From Sporopachydermia quercuum (Eukaryota), in the NCBI GenBank assembly GCA_001599295.1, contig BCGN01000005.1, positions 310,001-374,000 on the forward strand: DNA of 64,000 nucleotides, given 5' to 3'. Below the pieces are notes generated by a model. It did not search any database. It saw only the letters and a program-made list of their open reading frames with translations, and was not told where the DNA came from. The translations under genes and the position numbers were made by a program. Shown here piece after piece: positions 1 through 11,435 of the stretch (the stretch's first letter is position 1; every line of letters begins with the position of its first letter).

Positions 1-593
1 ATCAACATTCCGAATGCGCGGAAGGCTAAAGGGACGTCTTCTCGAAGTAAACTGAGATGTAGAATTTGGTTGATAATTAATAAATGACGTTCTGAATAAT
101 TGACTGTGGATTTTGAGTTTTCCTTCAAACTTGATTTATCGTAATGTCGTGGTAATGTTTCGGTGCCTTTAATAACGTTCTGAAACCTTTCAGAAGTTCT
201 GCCTCTGATTTTGGTGATTTTCTTGAGAAAATGTTCAAAATTAGGTTCAACTTCGGCATCTCTTCCTTTTTCTCTTTGATCATCATCCGAGTCATCTTCA
301 TAATCGATTTCTGAACTATCGGAATCATTAATGTGCTTCTTGGTGTTCTGTTTCGTAGTCTTACTATCATTCTCATTGCTCTTCCTAATAGCAGATATTC
401 CGGCATCAGCTTGAATTTTTCTCGTTATTGGTAAAATGGACTTCAATTTTAGTAGTCTTTGATATACAGGTAAGCCTTGACAGCCAAGCTTCTCTAGTTC
501 TTCTATCTCCTGCTCTACTAAGTACCTATTCATATACCGCTGCAATGCTCTATCAGAAGCTTGGATCCTTCGTTTGTAAGGAATATCAAACAT
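1..593 (-). CDS. RRN11: RNA polymerase I core factor subunit Rrn11 (5' part; runs off the window start)
   Basis: Not in the ORF track because it is open at the edge. Manual translation from ATG 593 gives MFDIPYKRRIQASDRALQRYMNRY...SEIDYEDDSDDDQ...HLLIINQILHLSLLREDVPLAFRAFGML with no stop. The MF(D/E)(I/V)P start, acidic patch and H..L..LLH...LRE.W/V.LA.R.F..L block resemble fungal Rrn11. Confidence 0.75.
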   Translation of the reverse strand, partial: MFDIPYKRRIQASDRALQRYMNRYLVEQEIEELEKLGCQGLPVYQRLLKLKSILPITRKIQADAGISAIRKSNENDSKTTKQNTKKHINDSDSSEIDYEDDSDDDQREKGRDAEVEPNFEHFLKKITKIRGRTSERFQNVIKGTETLPRHYDKSSLKENSKSTVNYSERHLLIINQILHLSLLREDVPLAFRAFGML

Positions 594-1383
594 GATGAGA
601 GAGTTCGAAAGAGGTTAACAAATACCAAGGAAAAATGAGTTGCCACAGATCTCTCTAACTAGTGTGAAGATAATAGTTGATAATAATGCTATAATGAAAA
701 AATAATTCTGGTTATGGACTGTATGCTGTTTGATATATACGTGCTCAATACATCTGATGCTAACNCAGATATAAATGAGTTATGGGGGAAATATCAAATC
801 GACAACATCAATGCGCTACTAATATGAACAGGTCTATTTTGTAATAATTCTTGTGTATCATAGAAGATTGACCTGCTTTCCTTATCCTTATCGCTAATAT
901 ATTAATATATTAGTGTGGTATAAATGCCATGCGTTTATTATGGTATTTCACTGTATATAAGGATATTAGGTAATGTGAGGTTAGCAATTCTTATATGATA
1001 TCCGTTAGGTAGGTTGCCATTTTTGGATAGTAATATGTTAGACGAATACATACCCATTGTAAGCTCTGAAATTACAGAACTAGTTTAATCAGTCAGGTTG
1101 TAAAATTATGTGTCCTGAATGATAATGATAAACCCCGACAACTATTGTGTCCTGTGTTACGACGTATAATCACAATTACAATCTGGCACAGTCATAATCG
1201 TCCTGTGTTTGACTTGAAAGAAGAATTAAGCGTTGTCATAGACNTATTTTTATCAGATCCTTCTTTTTTTTCTTTCTTTTACCTTGTGCTTCTACATTCA
1301 TATTGTTACTAGCAGTATCAAATTTGCTGAGGATACGCTTTACGTAGAACTCGTGAAAAGGGATACATTATATACAGACAGTG

Positions 1384-2629
1384 ATGTCAGAAGCCGAAGA
1401 AAGTGGTAATGTGCCACCTCTAAGTGAGCCAACCACAAGCGCTACTGATACTAAATTTGGTGTCAATGAAATGACTGGAGTAGAAGAGCCAAAGCAAACA
1501 ATAGAAGAAAGAGCTCAACCAGAAGCTCAAGAGGAAGCAGCACATAGAGATGAAGGCCCTGCATCAACCACGGAGAAAGATCAAACTTCAGAGTCATCGC
1601 AGCCTAAAGCACCCGAATCAAGCACCACTGAACAATATACAGAAGCAAAACCGTTGACGGGAGCTGATTTGATTCCTGAAGTTGATGAGGATGAGGATGC
1701 TGACATGGCTGATGTTGACCAGCTACCAGCAACTGATATTGCTGAGGTGGCTGTAGATAAGAATGAAATTATGAACCTACAACAGGAAGATCGGAAAGAA
1801 GAAGCATCAACTGAATCACAGTCTGANGCCAAAGTTAAATCTGGAGCGTCTGAGACAGTGAAAATCGAACTTTCTAATGCAGAAGATAAGGAAAGTAGTG
1901 GATCTGATAAGAATCCAAATGGAGACTCTAATGGGGGTGTTGTTGATCCTTTGGCAAGATTATTTGGAAAGGAGAAGTCGTTGAAAGACTTATTGTTAAT
2001 GATGGAAGATAATCCACCGATTGTACGTATACTTAATTTTGCGATAACTCACATTTTTCTTATCGTTGTTCCTCGCAATAGTAATGAATTAGTATCCCGG
2101 TATGTGAGATAACAAAAGAATTAAACAGTTGATACTAACATATGATACCCAATAGATTCCTGATGCCGTTACAGATTACTATTTAGCCCGTGGAGGTTTT
2201 GAATGTTCAGATGTTCGAATGTATGTAGTGTTTCACTGTTCTTATCTTTTATCATAGGATACTTGATAAGATAAACTATGTACTTCTATCAATTACATAT
2301 ATACTAACATCATTAGCAAACGGCTTCTAGCTTTAGCTACGCAGAAATTTATTTCGGATATTGCCAAAGATGCTTATGAATATTCTCGCATCAGATCGAG
2401 CTCGTCTGTATACAATGCCGCCAATCCTCAAGTAAGAGCAAGGGCTCTAGCAGCAGGAATGTCAGGAGCAAATGCTGCAGCTAATAGTAGTAACCCAAGC
2501 GCTCCATCTTCAAGTTCAACGGTTGGAGGACAAGGATCTCAGGGTAAGATCGTCTTAACAATGGACGACTTAAGTTCAGCATTAGCAGAGTATGGCTTAA
2601 ATGTCAGAAGGCCAGATTTTTACCGATAG
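1384..2629 (+). CDS. TAF10: TFIID/SAGA subunit Taf10, 3 exons (1384-2022, 2156-2220, 2317-2629)
   Basis: Introns 2023-2155 (GTACGT..TACTAAC..TAG) and 2221-2316 (GTATGT..TACTAAC..TAG). The spliced product reads [51 protein letters not shown]...VLTMDDLSSALAEYGLNVRRPDFYR*, the Taf10 histone fold. Confidence 0.95.
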
Positions 2630-2919
2630 TAGTACAAACTATTTGCTGGACATTGGATTGAGAAATAATACCTAATCATATAGGTGAGTATCGTATCAGT
2701 ACGTTTTCATACTACAAGAGGACAAATGTTTTGTACTATAAATAATAATGAATGTTTTGTTTGAATTTTCTAGGCTGGTTTGATGGATCATTTGATTGTT
2801 CAATTACATTGTATTATATGATACCTTGGGATCTCTTTTTGTAGATTAGTAATCGTCATTATAAACCTAATAGTACTACTGGTATAGTAAGTCTTTGATA
2901 AGCATTAGACATGTAGGTG

Positions 2920-3686
2920 CTAATCAGTCTTTTTATTCTCTCCCAAATTGTATTCTCCGTTTTTACCACCAGACTTATGCAGTAACTTAATGTCCGATAT
3001 AACCATATTTTTATCAACAGCTTTGCACATATCATAAATAGTAACAAGAGCAATGGAAGCTCCTGTTATAGCCTCAATCTCAACCCCGGATTTATCAATA
3101 CATTCAACTGTAGATTTCACAATGATTGATTGCTCATTTGGCCCAAAATCCATGTATGAATGTATGTCAATAACATCATTACTATCAGGATCGTTATTAT
3201 ACGAAAAATCGATGTTAACCTTAGTGATCTTTAAAGGATGACAAAGAGGTATTAGATTACTGGTATTCTTAACTGCCATAATAGCAGCAATCCTTGCAAC
3301 AGAAAGAACATCTCCTTTTTTCATCATGTTGCTCGTAATGAGTNTCAGAACTTCAGGCTCTGCAAACTGAATTTTTCCCAGTGCAACAGCTCTTCGATGA
3401 GTGATTTTCTTATTATGTATATCAACCATACGAGCTGACCCATCAGAAGAAACGTGGGTTAGCTTTAGCTTGTTTTCTTGTTCATTTTCCTTAATTGCAT
3501 CCTTCTTCTGTTTCGTGATACTATGACTACTGCACGTACGACCAGTGGAAAACATTCTGACTCCAAATAGAGAATTCTCTAAGACATTTCCATTGAACAA
3601 CATTGGATGGAGTCTCTTATACTGAAACTCAGCTAGTTGAAAAAACTTTCGTTTAGCCCGTAAGTTATCGTACAAAGAATGATCAT
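2920..3686 (-). CDS. Cyclic pyranopterin monophosphate synthase (MoaC/MOCS1B domain), probably expressed as the C-terminal part of a spliced MoaA-MoaC fusion
   Basis: MoaC motifs LTHV..DG.ARMVD, LIPLCHP, GVEIEA, YDMCKAVD, KSGG. The track's 'start' at 3732 is a TTG inside the intron; the exon begins at 3686. Confidence 0.92.
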
Positions 3687-4929
3687 CTAAGTAAAAGAAA
3701 GTTAGAAAACATATCAATAGAAGATGGTTCAATTAAATTTCAAGCAGAAAAAATACTAACCCACCAATTAAAATCATAGGACGATTAGGAGTGTTCTTGA
3801 GTTCTTCCATATCAGCATGAGCTTCTTTCTTATTCTTTACCGCCCTACCAATCACTTGCAAAATCTCGGAATCAGAACGACCAGCACGCATCATTTCTCT
3901 TAAACTGACTTCTGTTGATACATCAAATAGACAGACTTTCAAGTTACCGTCTGAAGTAATTCTAAGTCTGTTGCACGTTCCGCAGAATGTATCTGTCATT
4001 GAAGTAATAAAGCCAATTTTGCCTCTATAGCCAGTAACTCGATACGTTTTAGCTGTTTCACCTCTTCCTGGTTGATCCGCCTTCAAAGCAGCTGCACCAT
4101 AATGGCGAGCCAAATCGTTAAGCATATCACTATAAGAATACATTTTTGCCTGACTCCATTTATTGCCGTCAAATGGCATATATTCAATGAAACGCACCTC
4201 TATCGGTTGATTCTTGGTCATTTCAACAAATGAGATTATCTCATCCTCATTGACGCCTTTCATGACTACGCAATTGATTTTTACTTTTGGTATTCCAAGC
4301 TCTAATGCTGAATTGATAGATCTCAGAACATTCTTTAATCCATTACGACGAGTTATGACTTGAAACTTACCATCTTGCAGGGTGTCTAAACTGATATTTA
4401 CTCCAGTGAGCCCTAATCGCTGTAGTTCCGCCAACTTCCTATGTAAAACCAACCCATTCGTAGTTAAACAAATCTCATCAAGATTTCGTATACTATGAAG
4501 TCCTCTAAAAATGTCTATAAGATCTTTGCGTACGGTGGGCTCACCACCAGTTAAACGAATTTTTCTAACACCTTCGGAAACAAAAAGCTGGGCCAAACGA
4601 ATAATTTCGGGGGTTGACAATTGTGTCTCTGCGGGAGGAAGCTCTATGCCTTCTTCTGGCATACAGTAGACACATCTCAAGTTGCATTTTTCTGAGATGG
4701 ATATACGTAGATAGTCATGCTGACGATTGTAGTTATCAGTAAGAAACGCAGAAAAAGGNTTAGCACTCCGAATGATTTCCCATCTCTCTTTTGAAGATAC
4801 TGGTATTATATCAACATTTGCCACTGAATGTATGAGTCTGATCCCTCCTGAAATGAACTTGTAAGATGATCGGGCAATAGTCGCCTTCTTAAAAGCTATA
4901 AAGCTATTGGCAAAACATGAGGATTTCAT
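3683..4929 (-). CDS. GTP 3',8-cyclase (MoaA/MOCS1A, radical SAM), exons 4929-3761 and 3686-3683
   Basis: CNLRCVYC radical-SAM motif, LTGGEPT, second cluster motif CGTCNRLR..GNLKVCL and C-terminal NRPMILIGG. Removing intron 3760-3687 gives GGT GGA TGA, the canonical Gly-Gly-stop end. The Ser/Arg/Lys-rich N-terminus resembles a mitochondrial presequence. Confidence 0.95.
3687..3764 (-). other. Alternatively spliced intron at the MoaA/MoaC junction (donors GTGGGT at 3764 and GTTAGT at 3760)
   Basis: The minus strand reads ATT G|GTGG|GTTAGT...TTCTAAC(3707-3701)TTTCTTTTACTTAG|ATGATCAT. Confidence 0.8.
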
Positions 4930-5403
4930 AATTTAGGAGAAAGCTTTTCCGATAACCCAAATTCCATTCAATAATATATACATTTGATGGAACCACTACC
5001 AGCTTTGCTAAAAGTTAATCCCTATATAATAAATGACCCTGTTATAAAAAAGTTTGGTTGTCCAGTGTTAGCAAAATCACCACTTCTTCTCAGTTATAGC
5101 ATCAAGAAACACCAAACCATTCACTACTAAATGTCTCCAAAGTTATCTTCAGAGCTTCAATCCCACTACTTTCAAAAACTGCTTTTTACTTCAAATTCTG
5201 TTCGTTTATACACTTCTATTCCAATCTTTGAAAACCAGTTGAGTGAGAAGATAAAGAATGCATACTTAGGAAAGAAAAGCTCTTGAGGCTCTAATCTGAT
5301 GCTTGTCCTCAAAGCGAAGGAAGTAGCCGCTTTAATCTGAATGGTATAGCCCTGTTTGGAATTAGAGTTAATAAAGATACGATCTTAATTTTGACTTGCC
5401 TAA

Positions 5404-5419
5404 TTCGGGGACAACCGAA
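5404..5419. promoter_or_regulatory. Ppr1/UaY-type Zn-cluster site TTCGG-N6-CCGAA
   Basis: TTCGG GGACAA CCGAA, a perfect inverted repeat about 475 bp upstream of the MoaA ATG. Confidence 0.5.
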
Positions 5420-6054
5420 CATGAGAATTGAAAGAGAATTTTAGGGTGAAGAATTCGTTGTCATATGAATTTGAAATACAACATCAATAAAAATAATTAT
5501 GTGAAGGAAGTTCAGGCAAAGTTGGTAGAGAAGATTAATAGTACTTTGCAATATGATATTTATGATAATCCAGAATCGTGACTCAGACAGCGAGGAAATA
5601 AGAGTAATGTTATATTTGCATCGTTANTTGGAATTTTGGATAGATAACATTTACTAAGGATTAGATGAAATGGGAAAGAGGCGACTCTTCCTTAGCAGAG
5701 TCAGTGTAGAGTCATTGCTAGAGTATGTAAATACATTCAGGAATACACTGTAGAAGATTTTATTGGCTATACTTAAACTATAATATGACTGAAAGTATAC
5801 TTGATTGATACTCTAGTTAACATTGAATTGAAGAATCCAGGTGAGAATCATCGTTCGCCATTCAGATTTGCTATTCTGCTAACCTATATTACGGATCACC
5901 AACGTTCAATAATACTACTCAAATTATATATTGAATGAAATATAAGATCAGTCACTACAGTTTTAATCCATCTCTCAATAAAAATAAATTGGTTGAAATA
6001 ATTATATACATGTTGATTTTGTTGATTTTGTCGATAAATTTGTAAAAAGTGAGC

Positions 6055-6480
6055 TTACTTTCTATAAGCATTTTCAATAGGTTGAGCACCTTGAGCTTCT
6101 AATTCAGCAATCATCTTGGCTTTCTTAACATCAAAAACTCGTTTTTCATTGAAATATTTAACCTGCCATAATCCATCCGAGTTAGTATCAAATTTTCTTC
6201 TACTTCTTTCACCATCTGCTATTTAGTCATAATCCTGTGCAACTCATAATACTTAACATACCCAACTGCCAATACAGTCCTTTTCAAATTGCTGTTCTTC
6301 TGCTGAGCAAGATTTTTTGATTTTGTCCTTATTTTCAGGTTTTAGGGGATCAATAACTTCAATTTTATCAAGGCAGCCATAGAAGATATCTCTTGAAGCC
6401 CAGCACTTTTGACGACTGTTCTTCTTGATAACTCCATGTTCATCCAAGTTAGGATCTGATGATTTCGAAAAAAGACCCAT
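6055..6480 (-). CDS. COA6: Cytochrome c oxidase assembly factor Coa6, 2 exons (6480-6262, 6162-6055)
   Basis: MGLFS..RQKCWASRDIFYGCLD..C...F...CIGSW|VKYFNEKR. Intron 6261-6163 has GTATGT..TACTAAC..CAG. COX6B-like cysteine pattern. Confidence 0.92.
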
Positions 6481-6796
6481 TATTACAAGTTTAATTGATT
6501 CAAAAGGCTTATGCTCAGAAATGATACTCTCAATAGTTGATACTATTGAACATACTTTCTGCAGGATCAAATGATAGTTTATGTAGTGATCACTATCAGA
6601 AATATCAAGTGTGAATGATTTACTGGTCGTTTTTGAGGTAGTCTTGCGCATTACCCCCCGTTCAGGTAAAAGAGTTAAATGGGGAATTACCTAACAAACT
6701 CTTTAATAAAGAGTATGAATAGATCAAATAAATACTTTACGCTCAGAATATATTATACATATTGTACATTACATAGAGGTCATTGCGAGCGACTGT

Positions 6797-7920
6797 TTAG
6801 TCTAATTTTCCTTTGCACTCTGCTTCACCTAATTGACGCACATAAATGTTTGATTCCGCTCTATATTGATTTCCCGCATCAACTTGATTTCTATTAGGTC
6901 TGTTTTTAAATGTATCATCGCTTGTTCCGATGACCAAATAGTTTCCTTCTTTTGAAATATCGAGATTTGTTACAGCTAAAGGAAGCTTGGGGTATTGCTT
7001 GAGCCTCTTGCGTGATTTATAGTCCCAGAGACATATTCCACCATCAGATCCACCAGTAAAAAATGATGAATAAGCAGGATGAAATTTAATTGCATTGACT
7101 GGGTTAACAATATCGAAGTCAGGATTTTTAGTGTTTCTATGACATTTGAAGGCATATTTTTGTGCTTGAATATTTGGAGAAGGATTGAAAAACTCAACGG
7201 ATACTCTTCCATCTATTGATGATTGGGCATACCCTTCCCCGGATGGCATACATGCAATATCTCTGGTTGAATATTTCAGTCCTGATTCTCTTACCTGAGC
7301 AGGGGATGTTAAATTTCTGATATCATATATATGAACTTTCCTTTCACTCATAGTAACCACAATATATGGTTTTGATGACCTGGTAGTACTGATTTTGTGA
7401 GGTTTAGCTGGAAGCTCCAATCTTGCTTGTAGTTTATTATTTCTAGTATCTGTATAACACATACTTTTATCCCATGAGATCGATATAAGTGACTTGATTG
7501 CTTCAACATGAATCATATGTGAAATAGGAAGTATGTGCAATGCCGCTGTAAGCACTGTTGATTGACCAGTCTCGAGATTGGAAACATAGACTGATTGATC
7601 AATACCTCCGTAATAAACAACAGGTGGATCAAAAGAATCATAAGCACTGGAAAGCAGTGGTGCCTGAGATGGACACTTCACTTGCACTATTCTACTTACT
7701 TCCAGATTTTCATCTTTTCCCTCAATATTGTAAAGTGATAATGATCCATCCCACTCCGTACTTATGAAAGATAAATTAGTATGTGGTGAACAATTGATAG
7801 AGGAAATAAAATCGTTTGGCGAATCCTCAATTGGTACTAAAAACAAGCATTTCGTGTTAGAATTATGGTTTCAATATTGTATTTCTAACCATCAAACCAA
7901 AACTTACCTAGAACGCTCAT
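6797..7920 (-). CDS. BUB3: Spindle checkpoint WD40 protein Bub3, 2 exons (7920-7908, 7836-6797)
   Basis: WD40 repeats with RESGLKYSTR, SSIDGRVSVE, YAFKCHR and TGGSDG..LWD. Intron 7907-7837 (GTAAGT..TTCTAAC..TTTAG) supplies a real ATG: MSVLVPIEDSPND. Confidence 0.9.
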
Positions 7921-9345
7921 TTGGTTCAAGATCTTTTCAGCTTTTATCCCTAATGATAGATGATATCTCCCTGACAAAAGTAAGTCAAATGATGAATAGA
8001 GCCAACTATGTCAAACGACTTTTGCCGGTCCTTGGTTAATTCATATACAATATAAATTCAAAAAATCCCTTTTGTTATATATAAATTGCTAAGCCAATTC
8101 AGAGTATACATAAACACATATCACTTCAAGTAATGATCACGATTATATCTACTGGAATAGAATAGTAATATATGTAGTACCTCAATCTGGTTAGACATAA
8201 ACATATATCATGTGATTAAATGTTCACGTAAACATAAATCAAATGAATTTATGATATGCCCCGTCTCATTACCCATCTGTATCAACAGTCTGCCCTCATG
8301 ACCGGCAATCGCGTCTCATCACATGCTCATTGGATTGATTTAAAGTGACAAGATAATAAATCAAGAGGCAGCAAAAAGGTACTATCTCATTTTGTTGTTT
8401 TACGCAACAAAGAATGAAGATCTGAGGATTAAATTTGACATAACCAGCCAGTTGTTTTAGTGGTATCTCTAGTATTTATAACTTTCTTCGATAAGCTCAA
8501 TCTGTTTGTGTTCTAGTATAGAATATCATTATCTTTTATTATAGCAAGTTACATACAAACAGGCACATGTTATCTTGTCTTCATCTTCCGTAACAGTTAG
8601 ATTCATCTTATCCTCTTTGCAATGAATCACTCGTTTTAAAAATAACAAAAAATCATGCTGTACAAGCTATTCTTCCTTATTTTCACTTTATTATATTCAC
8701 TTCCGAAATCACAAGTTCTTGTAATCTTCCAATCTAATTGACCGCCTTTTTATGACGTATTTGAGTTATAATTATACTGCGTGTAGTATCCTTGTTCCAT
8801 TACAGGTATAATAAATCCGGTGACTTACAGGTAGGTTAGCGAAAGAGTTAAGTAGGGAATGAATTTATAAATACTTCCATATACTTTTATTGAGCAGGAT
8901 ATCAAAATAAGTTCAGTCTTTAGTAACATCAAAATGAAAAAGTTTTGGTACTGAGGAAAGTTATATAACTGAACGAAAGTGCGTGTCAATGAGTGAAAAA
9001 AGTGTGATTGATTGAGACAGAGTACGAGAGTATATGAAGATGTGGTAGAAATGAAAAATTGCATNATTTAGTATCTTTGTTATACACAGTGGATTGAGAT
9101 CGAAGACTATCAAGCAGTTAAGGAAATATCAATACTGACGTTCGAAATATAATTCATACGCTCGTTTTCAGCATAAACAGATTTAACGGGGATAAATACT
9201 GATTATTGGATTGTATGATAACCAAGCTCTATCACCAGGCTTACAAACCATTAAGCAATTGACATTTACACACAATCAACACTGAACAATATTTATTGTA
9301 TCAGAATAAACACGATTGATTCATTTACTTGCGACAGTTTGCAGT

Positions 9346-11435
9346 ATGGAGGCGATGAACAATTTTTTCAATACAGTAGAATCATTAGCTGATACTATCA
9401 CCCAGACGACTAGTCAACAAGGTTTATCGGAAACACCAAAGAAACAGGAGAAACCAAAAATCGAAAGCCAACCTATTCCACAGGAAAGCTCTGATAAGAG
9501 TTTGGGACTAAGTCCTAATTCATCTACTTCCAAAAGACTATCGCAATATCTAGACTCTTCTAGTTCTAAACTATTGGATTTGGTTAACTCAGCAACAATA
9601 TCAAGTTCTAACTCAGCCACCAAGGACAACAATAAAGATAATACAACAAAAGAGAGAGGCAATGTTTTCACTGATAAGCTAATTGAGAAGCTGATCACAG
9701 CAACACTTCCTGTAGCGGGTGCTGATGATGTGGATGCTCGTGTGGAGCACCAGAAAGACAGACCTGCGTTTTCTGTTGCTTTAATGGGGAAACATGTGGT
9801 TCAAATGCTTCAAAGGTATGATAAATTTTTCTCGATTGTGTCAAGACAAAGCAGAGATTAGATAATATAAGAATTCGCCTTAAGGAGTGTAATTTTACTA
9901 ACACAGCTGTATTTAGACTGTCATATCCATTTGAAGTTATTGACTTTGTGATAGAAATTCATTCGTGGAAGAAGCCAGCGATGACCTTTTCTGTCTGTTC
10001 TATCATTACATTACTGGTGCTGCATCCACATACTATACCGTCATCATTTTTGATGTATTTGCTGTTCTTCGTAATGGTGCCATCATATTTAGCACGACAT
10101 CCGCCAGAGCAGACACCAATAGAGAGAAACCCAATACCAGCAGCGGGTCCACCATTAAAACCACCAGATGTTGAAAAACCTTTACCAGAGTTTTCACGAG
10201 AATTCTATCTCAACATGACAGATCTACAGAATCATATGATTCTTTACATTGAAGGCTATAACAAAATTGTTGCAGTTTTACAACAGTTTGCATTTTTCGT
10301 TGATGAAAGAATCTCAAGTGCTGTCTTCACTATAATGTTTATGGTCTCTTTCATTCTTATGTTTTTAATTCCTTATATATATCCTTATATACCCCTCAAA
10401 GCTTTACTCATAATGGGTACTTGGGGAAGCGTAACAGTTATGCATCCAAGTCTGAAATCCAGAATTTTTGAGTTTGTTCACCACTATGTTATTCCATTTC
10501 TGCAGGAGGGAAATGAGAAATGGGTACAATTGGAACAAGAAGAGTTTTCATGTTTAGAAGACAGAGAAGTACGTCAAGTAGAAATATTCGAAATTCAGAA
10601 GCTGGTAAACCATGGACAAGGACAAGATACCGAGCGAGGGAACAAAGAGCCAAATACATCACCAAAGGAACAAAACTCCGAGAACACGTTCTTAGTTAAC
10701 AGCGAGAACAATGAAGTAAAGGAAACCCGTCGTGAATGGGTATTTGTATTATATTCTGCTGATCCTTTCACACCGTTAACAACAAAACGAATTCTACAAA
10801 GGCTCGAGAAGGATCGTTTGAATGCAAACCCCAATGCGACTGCGAAAATGAAAGAACTGTTAGAAGTTGATCCTTCAAATCCTTTCTCAAGTCCTTTCAG
10901 TCCTTGTGGATGTACAGTTTTATCACAGGTCTATCCTCCTGATCAATGGAAATTCCTGGATTCCACCACTTGGGAATTGGATTTGGTGAATAATTGGGTG
11001 GATCTGCAATTAGTACCTAATGTGAAAATCGATCATGATGAAAAATGGGTGTATGATTATACTCCGGAGAGGAAAAGCTATGGTGAATGGAGACGACGAA
11101 GATGGACAAGGCTTTGCGTTAGAGCTTCCCAGAATGACCAGAAAGAAGAGGATTACGATCTTAGAACTCAAATGGATGAAGCAGAAGGTGAATCTCAATC
11201 TAACAACAATGGTGATTCAACAGAAAGTCCATCGTCGCCTTCGAAAGAAGTTGTGACTGGAGATACAGCTAATATCCTTGGAGTTAGAACAACAGTAAAA
11301 AAATGGATGAAAAATCAAACAAATCCTAGGAAGTTAGCTCACAAGAATCTTCATTTCGGTATTGGTTTACGGCAATCCACTTCTTCTTTGTCTTTACCGG
11401 GTTTAGCACACCCTGGTGATGAGGCACGTCAATAG
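9346..11435 (+). CDS. Pex24/Pex28/Pex29-family peroxin (reticulon-like plus DysF domain), 2 exons (9346-9815, 9917-11435)
   Basis: Intron 9816-9916 (GTATGA..TACTAAC..TTTAG) joins the two track ORFs in frame (LQR|LSYPFEV). Motifs FTDKLIEK, SWKKP..T, SREFYLNMTDLQN, WVYD and WRRRRWTR. Confidence 0.88.

Noticed and set aside
125..406. 93-aa track ORF
   Set aside because: Out-of-frame shadow inside the RRN11 CDS.
3633..3686. ATGA stop-start reinitiation after the MoaA stop
   Set aside because: The overlapping ATG opens a 17-codon frame (MIILCTITYGLNESFFN*) that is not the MoaC frame.
3733..3735. Stop-codon readthrough of the single in-frame TAA between the MoaA and MoaC ORFs
   Set aside because: The TAA lies inside a well-formed intron, and TAA-T is a poor readthrough context. 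Alternative donor use explains the shared frame (78-nt intron).
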